From sequence record DRR723986_4038: a stretch of 43,059 bases of DNA. The stretch is one strand, 5' to 3'. Within the stretch, counting starts at the first letter, position 1, and the number at the start of each line of letters is the position of its first letter. A program made the position numbers and the translations under genes. Below the pieces are notes generated by a model. It was given only the letters and a program-made list of their open reading frames with translations, did not search any database and was not told the DNA's origin. Shown here in pieces: positions 19,925 to 29,186 of this stretch.

Positions 19925-21160
19925 TTGATAACAATCAAACCTTTTAGGGCTATTCGTCCAAGTAGAGACAAAGCTTACTTAGTTGCAACAAGGCCTTATT
20001 ATGCCTATAAAAAACATGTGCTAGAGGCTAAACTTGAAACGAACCCATATACTTTTCTTCATGTGATTCATCCTGAATTTCATAAAGACAATAAGACACA
20101 ACCAAATACTCAAGAACGTTATCAAAAATCACGAGATAAACTAAACGAATTCTTAGAGCAAGGAATTTTCCTGAATGAAGAAGAGGAAACCTTGTATCTC
20201 TACAGACAAACAAAAAATGGACACGAATTTTTGGGATTGATTGGAGGAGCATCTGTCAAACAATACAATGAAGGTCTAATAAAAAAGCACGAAGCAACCA
20301 TCACGTCCAGAGAAAAACATTTTTCTGAATATTTAAAAGTGGTTAAATGCAACGCCGAACCGGTTCTACTTTTTCACGAAGAAAATCTAGAATTAAGTTC
20401 GTATCTCAACATCTTATCAGAAGAGCGTCCTGAATATGAATTTTCAACAACAGAAAAAATCAAACATGAAGTTTGGTTAATTAATGATGCGGATAAAATT
20501 GCCAAAATCCAGGAATACTACTCAAATATTGGTCATGTATACATAGCAGATGGTCATCATAGATGTGCATCATCAGCAAGATTTGGTAACGAATCTAACA
20601 GTTCTGAAGAAAGTATTCAAAATCACTTCCTAGCCTATTTTATCTCAGAACAATCCATGGAGATTTTTGATTACAACAGATTGGTTAAAGATTTGAATGG
20701 TATGACTACTTTAGAATTGCTTACCGCAGTTCAGAAAGATTTTACTCTTCTAGAGGTTAGTGATGTTCACACTCATAACAGATCGCTTCATAACATATTG
20801 ATGTATTTAGAAGGCAAATGGTTCAATCTTAAAATAAAAGAATCGTTGATTGATCGTGAAGATCCGGTAAATGGATTGGACACCGCTTTATTGACGAACT
20901 ATTTGTTAGATCCTATCTTAAATATCAAAGACCTCAAAACTGACGAACGTATTAACTTCATCAGTGGCACAAAAGGTTTAGAAGGAATTGAAGAAGCTGT
21001 AGATAACGGAAAGTATAAAGTTGGGTTTGCTTTATTTCCTGTAACCCCTGATCAATTAAAAGCTGTAGCTGACAATGATGCCATTATGCCTCCTAAATCT
21101 ACTTGGATAGAACCCAAGTTAAGAAGTGGGTTAACCATGTATCCTTTAGGAAATGATTGA
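19925..21160 (+). CDS. DUF1015 family protein (TTG start)
   Basis: IKPFRAIRP, IKKHEAT, YIADGHHR and MPPKSTWIEPKLRSGL. Start moved from 19895 to in-frame TTG 19925 because the -7 element TATTTTTG (19898-19905) lies inside the longer ORF. Confidence 0.88.
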   Translation: MITIKPFRAIRPSRDKAYLVATRPYYAYKKHVLEAKLETNPYTFLHVIHPEFHKDNKTQPNTQERYQKSRDKLNEFLEQGIFLNEEEETLYLYRQTKNGHEFLGLIGGASVKQYNEGLIKKHEATITSREKHFSEYLKVVKCNAEPVLLFHEENLELSSYLNILSEERPEYEFSTTEKIKHEVWLINDADKIAKIQEYYSNIGHVYIADGHHRCASSARFGNESNSSEESIQNHFLAYFISEQSMEIFDYNRLVKDLNGMTTLELLTAVQKDFTLLEVSDVHTHNRSLHNILMYLEGKWFNLKIKESLIDREDPVNGLDTALLTNYLLDPILNIKDLKTDERINFISGTKGLEGIEEAVDNGKYKVGFALFPVTPDQLKAVADNDAIMPPKSTWIEPKLRSGLTMYPLGND

Positions 21161-21815
21161 AGAAAATTTAGATTATATCCAAACAACTATTCCTGAACAT
21201 GTTCAATTGGTTGCTGTTTCAAAAACGAAGCCAAATGAAATGATAATACGTGCCTACAATACAGGGCAACGTGTGTTTGGTGAGAACAGAGTTCAAGAAT
21301 TGGTAGATAAGTTTGAATCCTTGCCTAAAGACATTGAATGGCACATGATTGGTCATCTACAAACCAACAAAGTAAAGTACATAGCACCTTTTGTACATTT
21401 AATTCATGGAGTTGACAGCCTTAAACTTCTCAAGGAAATTAATAAACAAGGAAAAAAATCTGGACGAACCATTAGAATCCTGTTTCAATTTCATATTGCA
21501 ACTGAATCTTCTAAATTTGGTTTCGACTTGCCCGAAATTGAAGAAGTCCTTAAGTCAGCAGATTATGCTAAACTGACAAATATTGAGCCTGTTGGTGTAA
21601 TGGGTATGGCGACCTTTACTTCAGATCAACGTCAAGTAAGAGAAGAATTCAAATCTTTGAAGGATATTTTTACAAGTTTAAAAAAGAACTATTTCCAGGA
21701 ATCGGCTAGTTTTAAAGAAATTTCAATGGGAATGAGCGGCGATTATCAAATTGCGATTGAACAAGGCTCAACTATGGTTCGTGTTGGAAGCTCAATATTT
21801 GGATCAAGGACCTAA
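21153..21815 (+). CDS. yggS: Pyridoxal-phosphate homeostasis protein YggS/PLPBP
   Basis: LVAVSKTKP (PLP lysine), FGENRVQE, WHMIGHLQTNKVK, SMGMSGDY and GSTMVRVGSSIFG. Confidence 0.96.
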   Translation: MIEENLDYIQTTIPEHVQLVAVSKTKPNEMIIRAYNTGQRVFGENRVQELVDKFESLPKDIEWHMIGHLQTNKVKYIAPFVHLIHGVDSLKLLKEINKQGKKSGRTIRILFQFHIATESSKFGFDLPEIEEVLKSADYAKLTNIEPVGVMGMATFTSDQRQVREEFKSLKDIFTSLKKNYFQESASFKEISMGMSGDYQIAIEQGSTMVRVGSSIFGSRT

Positions 21816-23749
21816 GCGATAAACCTCACTTTAATCTCCGTCCCGTTTTCATTTTTAAAGATAGCCGACCCACCGAGTTGTTCAGCCAATATATTTACCA
21901 ATTCTATCCCGAGTGTTTCTCTAGAGCCGTTGATGATATCCTCAGGGATTCCAGAACCATTATCTTTTATTGTTAATTCAAATTTTCCTTTGAGCAACTC
22001 TTCTAACTCAATTTCAATTTTTCCAATCTTCAATTCATTAAATGCATATTTTACCGAATTGGTAATTGCTTCATTCAATATTAGTCCTAACGGAATGGCA
22101 ACGGCTAAATCAAATGATTCATTCTGACATTTAATTTCATGGGTTATCATGACATTTTCATCCGTCACAGATTTGACAATTGATGTCACTAGTTCTTCTG
22201 CGTAAGTTTTAAAATGAATGCGTTTAACTTCATTTTTTCTGTACAACATTTCATGCACCAATGACATGGATTGAATTCTTCCTTGAGCATCAGTCAATAC
22301 CTTCTTACCTCTTTCATCCTCTTCTATTCCATGCTGCAGGTTTAGCAAAGAGGATATAATTTGGAAATTGTTTTTTACTCTGTGATGTACTTCTCTAAAC
22401 AGAATTTGTTTTTCTTCAATAGTTTCAGAGAGCTCTTTATTAGTTTTTTTGTTTCGGCGATATGCATTTGAAATCACCATGATAATCAGTACCAAGCAAA
22501 TAATAGAAACCAAGAAAAGTGTATAAATCCATACCTTCTTTTGATTTTCGCTGTCAATTTGTAATTTGAGTTTCTCTTGTTCTTGCTTGAATTTTAAAGT
22601 TTGAATTTTATCATTTAGCTGCATCTCTTCATTTTCAAAAAAGGTGATGAACTCTTTTACAATTCGTTTATCGTTTTTTACATCAAGCTGTTTTCGCAGT
22701 TTAAGCGTTATTCTTAAATAGTCATTCGCCGTTTCAAATTGTCCCGTTTCATGATATGCCGCTGAATAAAGCTCATAAAATTCCGCCTGATCAATTTTTG
22801 TAAAATCGCTTAAATATGTCTCCTCTAAGTTTTCAAGAATATTCAAAGCTCTTTCGGCATTCCCCATTGCCATAAAGCATTTGGCCCTGTAAAACTTATT
22901 ACGATTAATTTCTAAGGAATTATTTAAAATTTCAAACTTCTTATCTGCTTGATCAAGGTATTTTAACGAAAGCTTAAATTTCCCTCTTCCGTAAGCAGCA
23001 TTCGAAAGTACCTGATAACTATATCCTATTGAGCCCTCTTGGCCCAATTTGGTTTTTTGTTCCAAACTTGCTACGGCATAGCTTTCTGCCATTTCGTAAT
23101 CTCCCAAATAATAGTAAACAGAACCCAAATTACTTAACACAACTGAACGCAACATCTCTCCTTCCCAGGTATCCATTTTATAGGTTAGTTTCAATGCTCG
23201 ATTAAAACTTTTAAGTGAACCTGAATAATCTTCTAAGTTCATCAAGACAATTGCTATACTGGCATGGCAATAAGCTCTATTGAGGGTCACTTGTTCACGA
23301 TCTACTAAAACATACTTTTCAAAATTCTCATCAATTATTTTCGCGGCTTTTTTAAATTGAACCAAGGCCTGAATATTATCTTCTTGATACAAGAACATGT
23401 TGCCTTGATTATATTCTGCCATGAAATACTCTAGGGAATCTGGGTATTCTTTCAAAATCTCTAACGACAGGTTCCCATAAAAGATAGATGAATCAACTTC
23501 ACCTGCATAAAACTCTCCACGCGTTTTTAGTTGCAGGGCTTTTCCGTAAAAATAATTGGATGGAATCTTTTTCGATATTTCAAGACAAGAATCCGTGAAA
23601 AATTCTGCAGAGTCAAGATTTGTTGTTTGATACATTACCGTTTTATCATGCAAGCGGGTAAACTCTGCAATAGCCGCCTCATCTCCTGATTGAGAATAAC
23701 TTACCAAGGAGAGCATAAAAGAAAAATATGTCAGAATTCTTTTTATCAA
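21812..23749 (-). CDS. Membrane sensor histidine kinase with periplasmic TPR domain (HisKA_2-type H-box)
   Basis: Signal MIKRILTYFSFMLSLVSYS-Q from TTG 23749; the ORF-track GTG 23785 overlaps the -7 element TATCTTTG (23792-23785). TPR repeats, one TM helix, EVHHRVKNNFQ, LILNEAITNSVKYAF, DNGSG and LGIELV. Confidence 0.88.
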   Translation of the reverse strand: MIKRILTYFSFMLSLVSYSQSGDEAAIAEFTRLHDKTVMYQTTNLDSAEFFTDSCLEISKKIPSNYFYGKALQLKTRGEFYAGEVDSSIFYGNLSLEILKEYPDSLEYFMAEYNQGNMFLYQEDNIQALVQFKKAAKIIDENFEKYVLVDREQVTLNRAYCHASIAIVLMNLEDYSGSLKSFNRALKLTYKMDTWEGEMLRSVVLSNLGSVYYYLGDYEMAESYAVASLEQKTKLGQEGSIGYSYQVLSNAAYGRGKFKLSLKYLDQADKKFEILNNSLEINRNKFYRAKCFMAMGNAERALNILENLEETYLSDFTKIDQAEFYELYSAAYHETGQFETANDYLRITLKLRKQLDVKNDKRIVKEFITFFENEEMQLNDKIQTLKFKQEQEKLKLQIDSENQKKVWIYTLFLVSIICLVLIIMVISNAYRRNKKTNKELSETIEEKQILFREVHHRVKNNFQIISSLLNLQHGIEEDERGKKVLTDAQGRIQSMSLVHEMLYRKNEVKRIHFKTYAEELVTSIVKSVTDENVMITHEIKCQNESFDLAVAIPLGLILNEAITNSVKYAFNELKIGKIEIELEELLKGKFELTIKDNGSGIPEDIINGSRETLGIELVNILAEQLGGSAIFKNENGTEIKVRFIA

Positions 23750-23888
23750 AACAATATCTACTTCTGTAGACGTAAAATTTGGCACAAAGATACGGTTTCT
23801 CTCATTTTTATAGCCTTATTTTACAATTTGATATAACATCCAACTTAACCGATTCAAATCCTTACTTTTGCCTTTCAATTTTATTAAT

Positions 23889-25076
23889 ATGACTTCTAAA
23901 TCAGTAATTCTAAAACCAGCAAAAGATAAATCGATTGTAAGAAAACATCCATGGGTATTTTCAGGTGCGATAAAATCAACCACTGGTGATCCTCAAGAAG
24001 GTGACCTGGTAGAAGTCATTGCAAACAAAGGAAGATTTCTGGGCAGAGGTCATTATGCCAACGGTTCTATAGCCGTAAGGTTGTTATCATTTTCAGAAGA
24101 TGAACCGATAGAAAATATTTACTCAAATCGAATAAAATCAGCTTTTGAATTGCGTAAATCTCTTGATTTGGTTAACAATCCAGAAACGAATATTTATCGA
24201 TTAGTTCATGCTGAAGGTGATAACCTTCCTGGGTTAATAATCGATCATTATGCTGGACATTGTGTTGTTCAATGTCATAGCGCCGGAATGTATAAAGACA
24301 TTGAGAAAATTAAACAGGCTTTATTAAATGTCTATGGTGACCAGCTGAAAAGCATCTATTTAAAAAGTGAAGCAACTTTGCCTAAGAATTTTGATGCTTA
24401 TAAAGGAGATGAATTTTTACACGGTTCTGCAGAAATGCCCGTTGTGTCTATAGAGTATGGAAATAAGTTCAATATTAATTGGATCACTGGGCAAAAAACT
24501 GGCTTCTTTATCGATCAAAGAGAAAACAGAGCTTTGATTGCAAAATATTCAAAAGGAAAAAAAATGCTGAATACTTTTTGTTATTCAGGTGGCTTTTCAA
24601 TTTACGCATTGAACAATGAAGCCACAACAGTCCATTCTTTGGACTCTTCTCAAAAGGCAATTGATTTGACTGAAGAGAATGTTGAATTGGGAAAATTCGA
24701 AAAAGGGAGGCATGCCTCTTTCGTAGAAGATACTATGGAATTTATCAAGGATTTAAAAGAAGATTACGATATCATTATATTAGATCCTCCTGCTTTTGCT
24801 AAACACAGAAAAGCTAAGCACAATGCCATTCAGGGCTACAAACGGTTGAATGCACATGCTATGCGCCAAATTAAACCTGGTGGAATCATTGTTACATTTT
24901 CGTGTTCTCAAGTAATAGATAAGTTGCTGTTTACGAATACCATTATAGCGGCTGCCATTGCAGCCGAAAGAAATGTTAGAATTCTCGAGCAGTTGCATCA
25001 GCCTGCTGATCATCCGATCAATGCTTATCATCCCGAAGGTGAATACCTGAAAGGCTTAGTTATACAGGTCGAATAA
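23889..25076 (+). CDS. rlmI: 23S rRNA m5C1962 methyltransferase RlmI family (PUA + SAM)
   Basis: HPWVFSGAI, YRLVHAEGDNLPGLIID, GQKTGFFIDQRENR, LDPPAFAK and TFSCS. Start at ATG 23889 because the -7 element TACTTTTG (23863-23870) overlaps TTG 23868. Confidence 0.9.
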   Translation: MTSKSVILKPAKDKSIVRKHPWVFSGAIKSTTGDPQEGDLVEVIANKGRFLGRGHYANGSIAVRLLSFSEDEPIENIYSNRIKSAFELRKSLDLVNNPETNIYRLVHAEGDNLPGLIIDHYAGHCVVQCHSAGMYKDIEKIKQALLNVYGDQLKSIYLKSEATLPKNFDAYKGDEFLHGSAEMPVVSIEYGNKFNINWITGQKTGFFIDQRENRALIAKYSKGKKMLNTFCYSGGFSIYALNNEATTVHSLDSSQKAIDLTEENVELGKFEKGRHASFVEDTMEFIKDLKEDYDIIILDPPAFAKHRKAKHNAIQGYKRLNAHAMRQIKPGGIIVTFSCSQVIDKLLFTNTIIAAAIAAERNVRILEQLHQPADHPINAYHPEGEYLKGLVIQVE

Positions 25077-25077
25077 G

Positions 25078-26439
25078 ATGCTTGAATTAAATTACAAAAG
25101 CATTTTATTTGTTGCCTTACCATTAATGTTTGGCACGTTTATTCAGTCAATGATTGGAATAATTGATGGAGCTTTTGTCAGCAAACTAGGTAACACCGCT
25201 TATAATGCAGTAGGAAATGGATCAATTATGTACATTGCTCTTTTTATGTTATGCCGCGGTTTAGCAGATGGCACGCAAATAACAATTGCAAAAAAATATG
25301 GTGAAGAGAAACATGCTGATATCGGTGCAGTACTCTATAATTCACAAATTTTACAATTAATCATCAGTGCATTTATTTTCGTCATCTTTTATTTTCTAAG
25401 CGGAGTTATTATCAAATCAATAGCAGAATCTATACCTCTGGCTGAAGCAATGACCGATTTTATGAAGTACAGATGCTGGGGGATATTTTTCGCAGGAATA
25501 CAAATTACGCTTGCAGCTTTTTTTATTGGAATTGGTAAAACCAAAATCATCATCTTCTCCACCTTATTACTCGCTGGTTGCAATATCTTTTTAGACTACA
25601 GCTTAATTTTTGGGAAATTTGGATTACCTGAATTAGGTATGATTGGGGCACCTATCGCGTCTTCAATATCTGAAATGATCACCTGTTTGTTCTTACTACT
25701 AGTTGTATTGAAAGCAGAAAAATTCAAGAAGTTCGCTTACTCGTTTAAATTAAAGTGGCAGTCAACTATTCAGAAAAAGCTATTCAAATTATCTTACCCC
25801 CTAATGCTTCAAGGTTTGGTGTCTTTATCTACATGGTTGATCTTTTTCACCATGATTGAGCACATGGGCAATAATAATTTAGAAACAGCGCATAATATCA
25901 GATATATGTATTTCTTGGCCTTTATTCCTATTTACGGATTTGGGGCAGCCACAAGAACTTTTGTGAGCAATTTGGTTGGTAGAAAAGAGAATCATCTCAT
26001 TCCAAAAATTCAATTTAAGTTAATGACACTTGCTTTCATTTCAATATTGGTAGTTTTTCATGGAGCAATTTTATATCCTCAAACCTTGATTGAATTTGTC
26101 GATTACAATCCATCCATGGACCCTGAAGTAATAAGTAATAGCGCAGCAGCCCTTCGTTTTGTTGCAGGATCTATAATTTTATATGCTGTTGCCGCGATTC
26201 CATACAACTCGATTTCTGCTCTTGGGAAAACCAAGTTATCTTTTGCAATCGAATTCTGTGCTATCCTTTCTTACTTACTTGGATGTTATCTTTTTATTGA
26301 GTTATGGGAATGGAATATCGTTGAAGTTTGGGCGGTTGAATACTTGTATTTCGGGGTGATTGGTGTCCTGAGTTCAATCTATCTAATTGTTAACCGTTCT
26401 AAATTAGGTTTGAAAAGTCCTAAAAGTCTTGGTGCATAA
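25078..26439 (+). CDS. MATE family efflux transporter
   Basis: About 12 TM helices; ALPLM, IDGAFVSKLG, NIFLDYSLIFGKFGLPELGMIGA and GFGAAT motifs. Confidence 0.9.
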   Translation: MLELNYKSILFVALPLMFGTFIQSMIGIIDGAFVSKLGNTAYNAVGNGSIMYIALFMLCRGLADGTQITIAKKYGEEKHADIGAVLYNSQILQLIISAFIFVIFYFLSGVIIKSIAESIPLAEAMTDFMKYRCWGIFFAGIQITLAAFFIGIGKTKIIIFSTLLLAGCNIFLDYSLIFGKFGLPELGMIGAPIASSISEMITCLFLLLVVLKAEKFKKFAYSFKLKWQSTIQKKLFKLSYPLMLQGLVSLSTWLIFFTMIEHMGNNNLETAHNIRYMYFLAFIPIYGFGAATRTFVSNLVGRKENHLIPKIQFKLMTLAFISILVVFHGAILYPQTLIEFVDYNPSMDPEVISNSAAALRFVAGSIILYAVAAIPYNSISALGKTKLSFAIEFCAILSYLLGCYLFIELWEWNIVEVWAVEYLYFGVIGVLSSIYLIVNRSKLGLKSPKSLGA

Positions 26440-26458
26440 GCAATAATTGATATATTTG
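26428..26458 (+). promoter_or_regulatory. Promoter for the usp-fmt-cupin genes
   Basis: CTTG (26428-26431), 19-bp spacer, TATATTTG (26451-26458). Confidence 0.6.
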
Positions 26459-26480
26459 AATTCGCAATAAACTAATTTCT

Positions 26481-27314
26481 ATGAGCACCGAAAATCCTGA
26501 TTTGTATTTAGTTCCTTACGATTTTACAACTGTAACTGAAGAGGCCATGCATTTCGCCCTTCAATTAGCTCACAAAGGTGGTGGTTCAATTTTAATTGCC
26601 CACATTGTGAAAAGTGATGACGACATCATTGAAGGGGAGCAAAAATTGAAATTGGTAGTTAAAAAATTATCCGAACAAGATCAAAAAATCACCAAGTTTA
26701 AAGTGATGGCAGGTTCGATTTTTGATGATTTAGATAAAATCGGAGAACTTACAGGAGCCTCAGTCATTGTAATGGGTACTCATGGAGTAACCAGATTCCA
26801 AAAATTATTTGGATCAAATGCTCTAAAAGTAGTTTCAAGTTCCAGTATTCCGTTCATTATTACTCAAGAGAATCAAAGAACACCAAAGATCGAGAATATT
26901 GTTATGCCGTTTAGTTTCGCGAAAGAAAGTGTTCAAGTAACGCAATTTGCGGCAACTTTAGCCGCTAAATATGATGCGACTATTCATTTAGTAGGTTATA
27001 GAGATAAAGACGAATGGTTATTGAGAGACATGAAAACCAATCAAGCCATTGTGAGAAGACATTTAACCAGTCATAAAATTAAGCACGACATCATAACTCT
27101 TCCTGGGAAAGATTCTTACGAAGAAGAATTAATGGCTTACGCCCATGAGTCTGGGGCTGATTTATTTGCAGCGGCTTACTTTTCGCAAGGAATTAAATCC
27201 GTTTTTCATTCCTTCCTTCAAGCAATGATTACCAATGAGTATAAAATTCCGGTAATCACTATCAATGCACCAGATGTGATGACAGTAGGTAACATGTCAT
27301 TTTTAACAGTATAA
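26481..27314 (+). CDS. Tandem-domain universal stress protein
   Basis: LVPYDFT and IVMGTHG...FGSNALKVV USP motifs; second domain begins at IENIVMPF. Confidence 0.88.
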   Translation: MSTENPDLYLVPYDFTTVTEEAMHFALQLAHKGGGSILIAHIVKSDDDIIEGEQKLKLVVKKLSEQDQKITKFKVMAGSIFDDLDKIGELTGASVIVMGTHGVTRFQKLFGSNALKVVSSSSIPFIITQENQRTPKIENIVMPFSFAKESVQVTQFAATLAAKYDATIHLVGYRDKDEWLLRDMKTNQAIVRRHLTSHKIKHDIITLPGKDSYEEELMAYAHESGADLFAAAYFSQGIKSVFHSFLQAMITNEYKIPVITINAPDVMTVGNMSFLTV

Positions 27315-27317
27315 TTC

Positions 27318-28265
27318 ATGAGCAACAAAATTGTTTTCATGGGTACACCTGATTTTGCGGTGGCCTCACTCCAATCAATTTTAAATCATAATATAGAAGT
27401 GGCGGCAGTAGTCACAGCTCCCGATAGAAAGTCTGGACGGGGTCAACAAGTAAGTATGTCTGCTGTAAAGAAATTTGCTTTAAAACAAAACATTCCCGTT
27501 TTACAACCCGAAAAATTGAAGTCACCAGACTTTATAGAGGAACTTGAACAAATAAAAGCCGGCCTCTTTGTGGTCGTTGCCTTTAGAATGTTACCAGAAG
27601 TGGTATGGAGCATGCCTGAAAAAGGAACGATAAATCTACATGGATCACTACTTCCTAATTACAGAGGTGCAGCCCCTATTAACTGGGCCGTTATTAACGG
27701 TGAAGAAAAAACAGGTGCAACCACCTTTTTTATAGAAAAGGAAATCGATACTGGCAAAATTATCGATCAGGTTGAGATTTCAATTGGCGAAAATGAGAAT
27801 GCAGGATCTGTTCATGATCGTTTAATGATGAAAGGTGCAGAACTCTTAAGTTCTACCATACTTAAAATATTTAAAGGTTCAGTAACTGGAATTGACCAGG
27901 ACGAATTAATTACTGAACAATTAAAAGAAGCCCCAAAAATATTCAAGCCCGACTGTCAGATATCTTGGAATCAAGATGCTCAAAGTATTCATAATAAAAT
28001 CAGAGGGCTTTCTCCCTACCCTACAGCTTGGACTAGAATTAACAAAAACGATTCGTCAAAATCAATTAAATTATTTGAATCAAGAATTCGACCCTCTAGT
28101 GAAAGTCATATCGGACAAATTAAAATTGATGAACAATTACTGTTTGGATGTACTGACGGTTGGATCGAAATCATTGAGTTGCAATTGGAGGGTAAAAAAA
28201 GAATGCTTGCCTCAGATTTTATAAAGGGTTTTGATATTGAAGCCTGGGAATTGGATATTAATTAA
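27318..28265 (+). CDS. fmt: Methionyl-tRNA formyltransferase
   Basis: IVFMGTPDFA, INLHGSLLPNYRGAAPINWA and IRGLSPYPTAW. Confidence 0.97.
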   Translation: MSNKIVFMGTPDFAVASLQSILNHNIEVAAVVTAPDRKSGRGQQVSMSAVKKFALKQNIPVLQPEKLKSPDFIEELEQIKAGLFVVVAFRMLPEVVWSMPEKGTINLHGSLLPNYRGAAPINWAVINGEEKTGATTFFIEKEIDTGKIIDQVEISIGENENAGSVHDRLMMKGAELLSSTILKIFKGSVTGIDQDELITEQLKEAPKIFKPDCQISWNQDAQSIHNKIRGLSPYPTAWTRINKNDSSKSIKLFESRIRPSSESHIGQIKIDEQLLFGCTDGWIEIIELQLEGKKRMLASDFIKGFDIEAWELDIN

Positions 28266-28270
28266 ATTAA

Positions 28271-28666
28271 ATGAAGATCTTAACGTTTCTTATTCTTTGT
28301 ACATCTCTAACTTGTTGGTCTCAAGACATCAAGGAATTGGCTAAACAGAAACCTCCCCAAGATTTTGAAAATATCCATGTGGTAAAAATTGCAGATGATG
28401 AATATCAAACTTCATTCATCATCTGGATAAGAAATGAAGTACGCGCTCATAAGCATAATGAACACACTGAAAACATATACGTAATCAAAGGAAAAGGGGA
28501 AATGACTTTAAATGACGAAAAATTCGTCATTAAAAAAGGTGATTATCTAAACATCCCAAAAGGCAGTTCACACTCTTTAAAAGTACTTTCGTCAAGCCCA
28601 ATGCAAGTTTTATCTATACAATCTCCAAAATTTAATGGAGAGGATCGGATATTTCTAACTGAGTAA
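28271..28666 (+). CDS. Secreted cupin-domain protein
   Basis: Signal peptide ending CWS-Q; cupin motifs HKHNEHTENIYVIKGKG and GDYLNIPKGSSH. Confidence 0.85.
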   Translation: MKILTFLILCTSLTCWSQDIKELAKQKPPQDFENIHVVKIADDEYQTSFIIWIRNEVRAHKHNEHTENIYVIKGKGEMTLNDEKFVIKKGDYLNIPKGSSHSLKVLSSSPMQVLSIQSPKFNGEDRIFLTE

Positions 28667-28763
28667 ATAAACTCAAAAACCCAGTAAATTCGCGGATTTT
28701 AACCACACTTATCAACATTTTGCCGATTTTATTAACAAAATGACCCTATTTACCCCTGCAACC

Positions 28764-28794
28764 CTTGCGTAGTAAGGATATTCAGATATATTTG
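28764..28794 (+). promoter_or_regulatory. Promoter for the HU gene
   Basis: CTTG (28764-28767), 19-bp spacer, TATATTTG (28787-28794). Confidence 0.65.
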
Positions 28795-28838
28795 TTCCGT
28801 TATTAAAATATTGTTTAACCATAAAATCAAAATTGATT

Positions 28839-29111
28839 ATGAACAAATCAGAATTAGTAGATGCAATTGCATCAAAGTCAGGATTATCTAAAGCAGATTC
28901 TAAAAGAGCTTTAGAAGGATTTATCGCTTCAACTGAAGGAGCTTTGAAAAAAGGAGATAAAATCTCTTTAGTAGGATTCGGATCTTTCTCTATCTCTAAA
29001 AGAGCTGCAAGAACAGGAAGAAACCCTCAAACAGGAAAAGAAATCAAAATTGCTGCTAAGAACGTTGTTAAGTTCAAAGCGGGAGCTGATTTATCTAAAA
29101 AAGTAAACTAA
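28839..29111 (+). CDS. hup: DNA-binding protein HU
   Basis: MNKSELVDAIA, LVGFGSF, RTGRNPQTG and KFKAG. ATG at 28839. Confidence 0.97.
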   Translation: MNKSELVDAIASKSGLSKADSKRALEGFIASTEGALKKGDKISLVGFGSFSISKRAARTGRNPQTGKEIKIAAKNVVKFKAGADLSKKVN

Positions 29112-29130
29112 GAAACTTAGTTATAATTTT

Positions 29131-29166
29131 AAACCCTGACATCCGCAAGGATCGTCAGGGTTTTTT
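29131..29166 (+). terminator. Intrinsic terminator after HU
   Basis: AAACCCTGAC-ATCC-GCAA-GGAT-C-GTCAGGGTTTTTT, with a GNRA loop and U tail. Confidence 0.88.
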
Positions 29167-29186
29167 ATTTTCTATAATTTAGTAAC

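Noticed and set aside
28690..28830. oriC at the DnaA-like boxes
   Set aside because: Only three imperfect boxes in a short promoter region, with no clear unwinding element and no dnaA, dnaN or mnmG neighbour.
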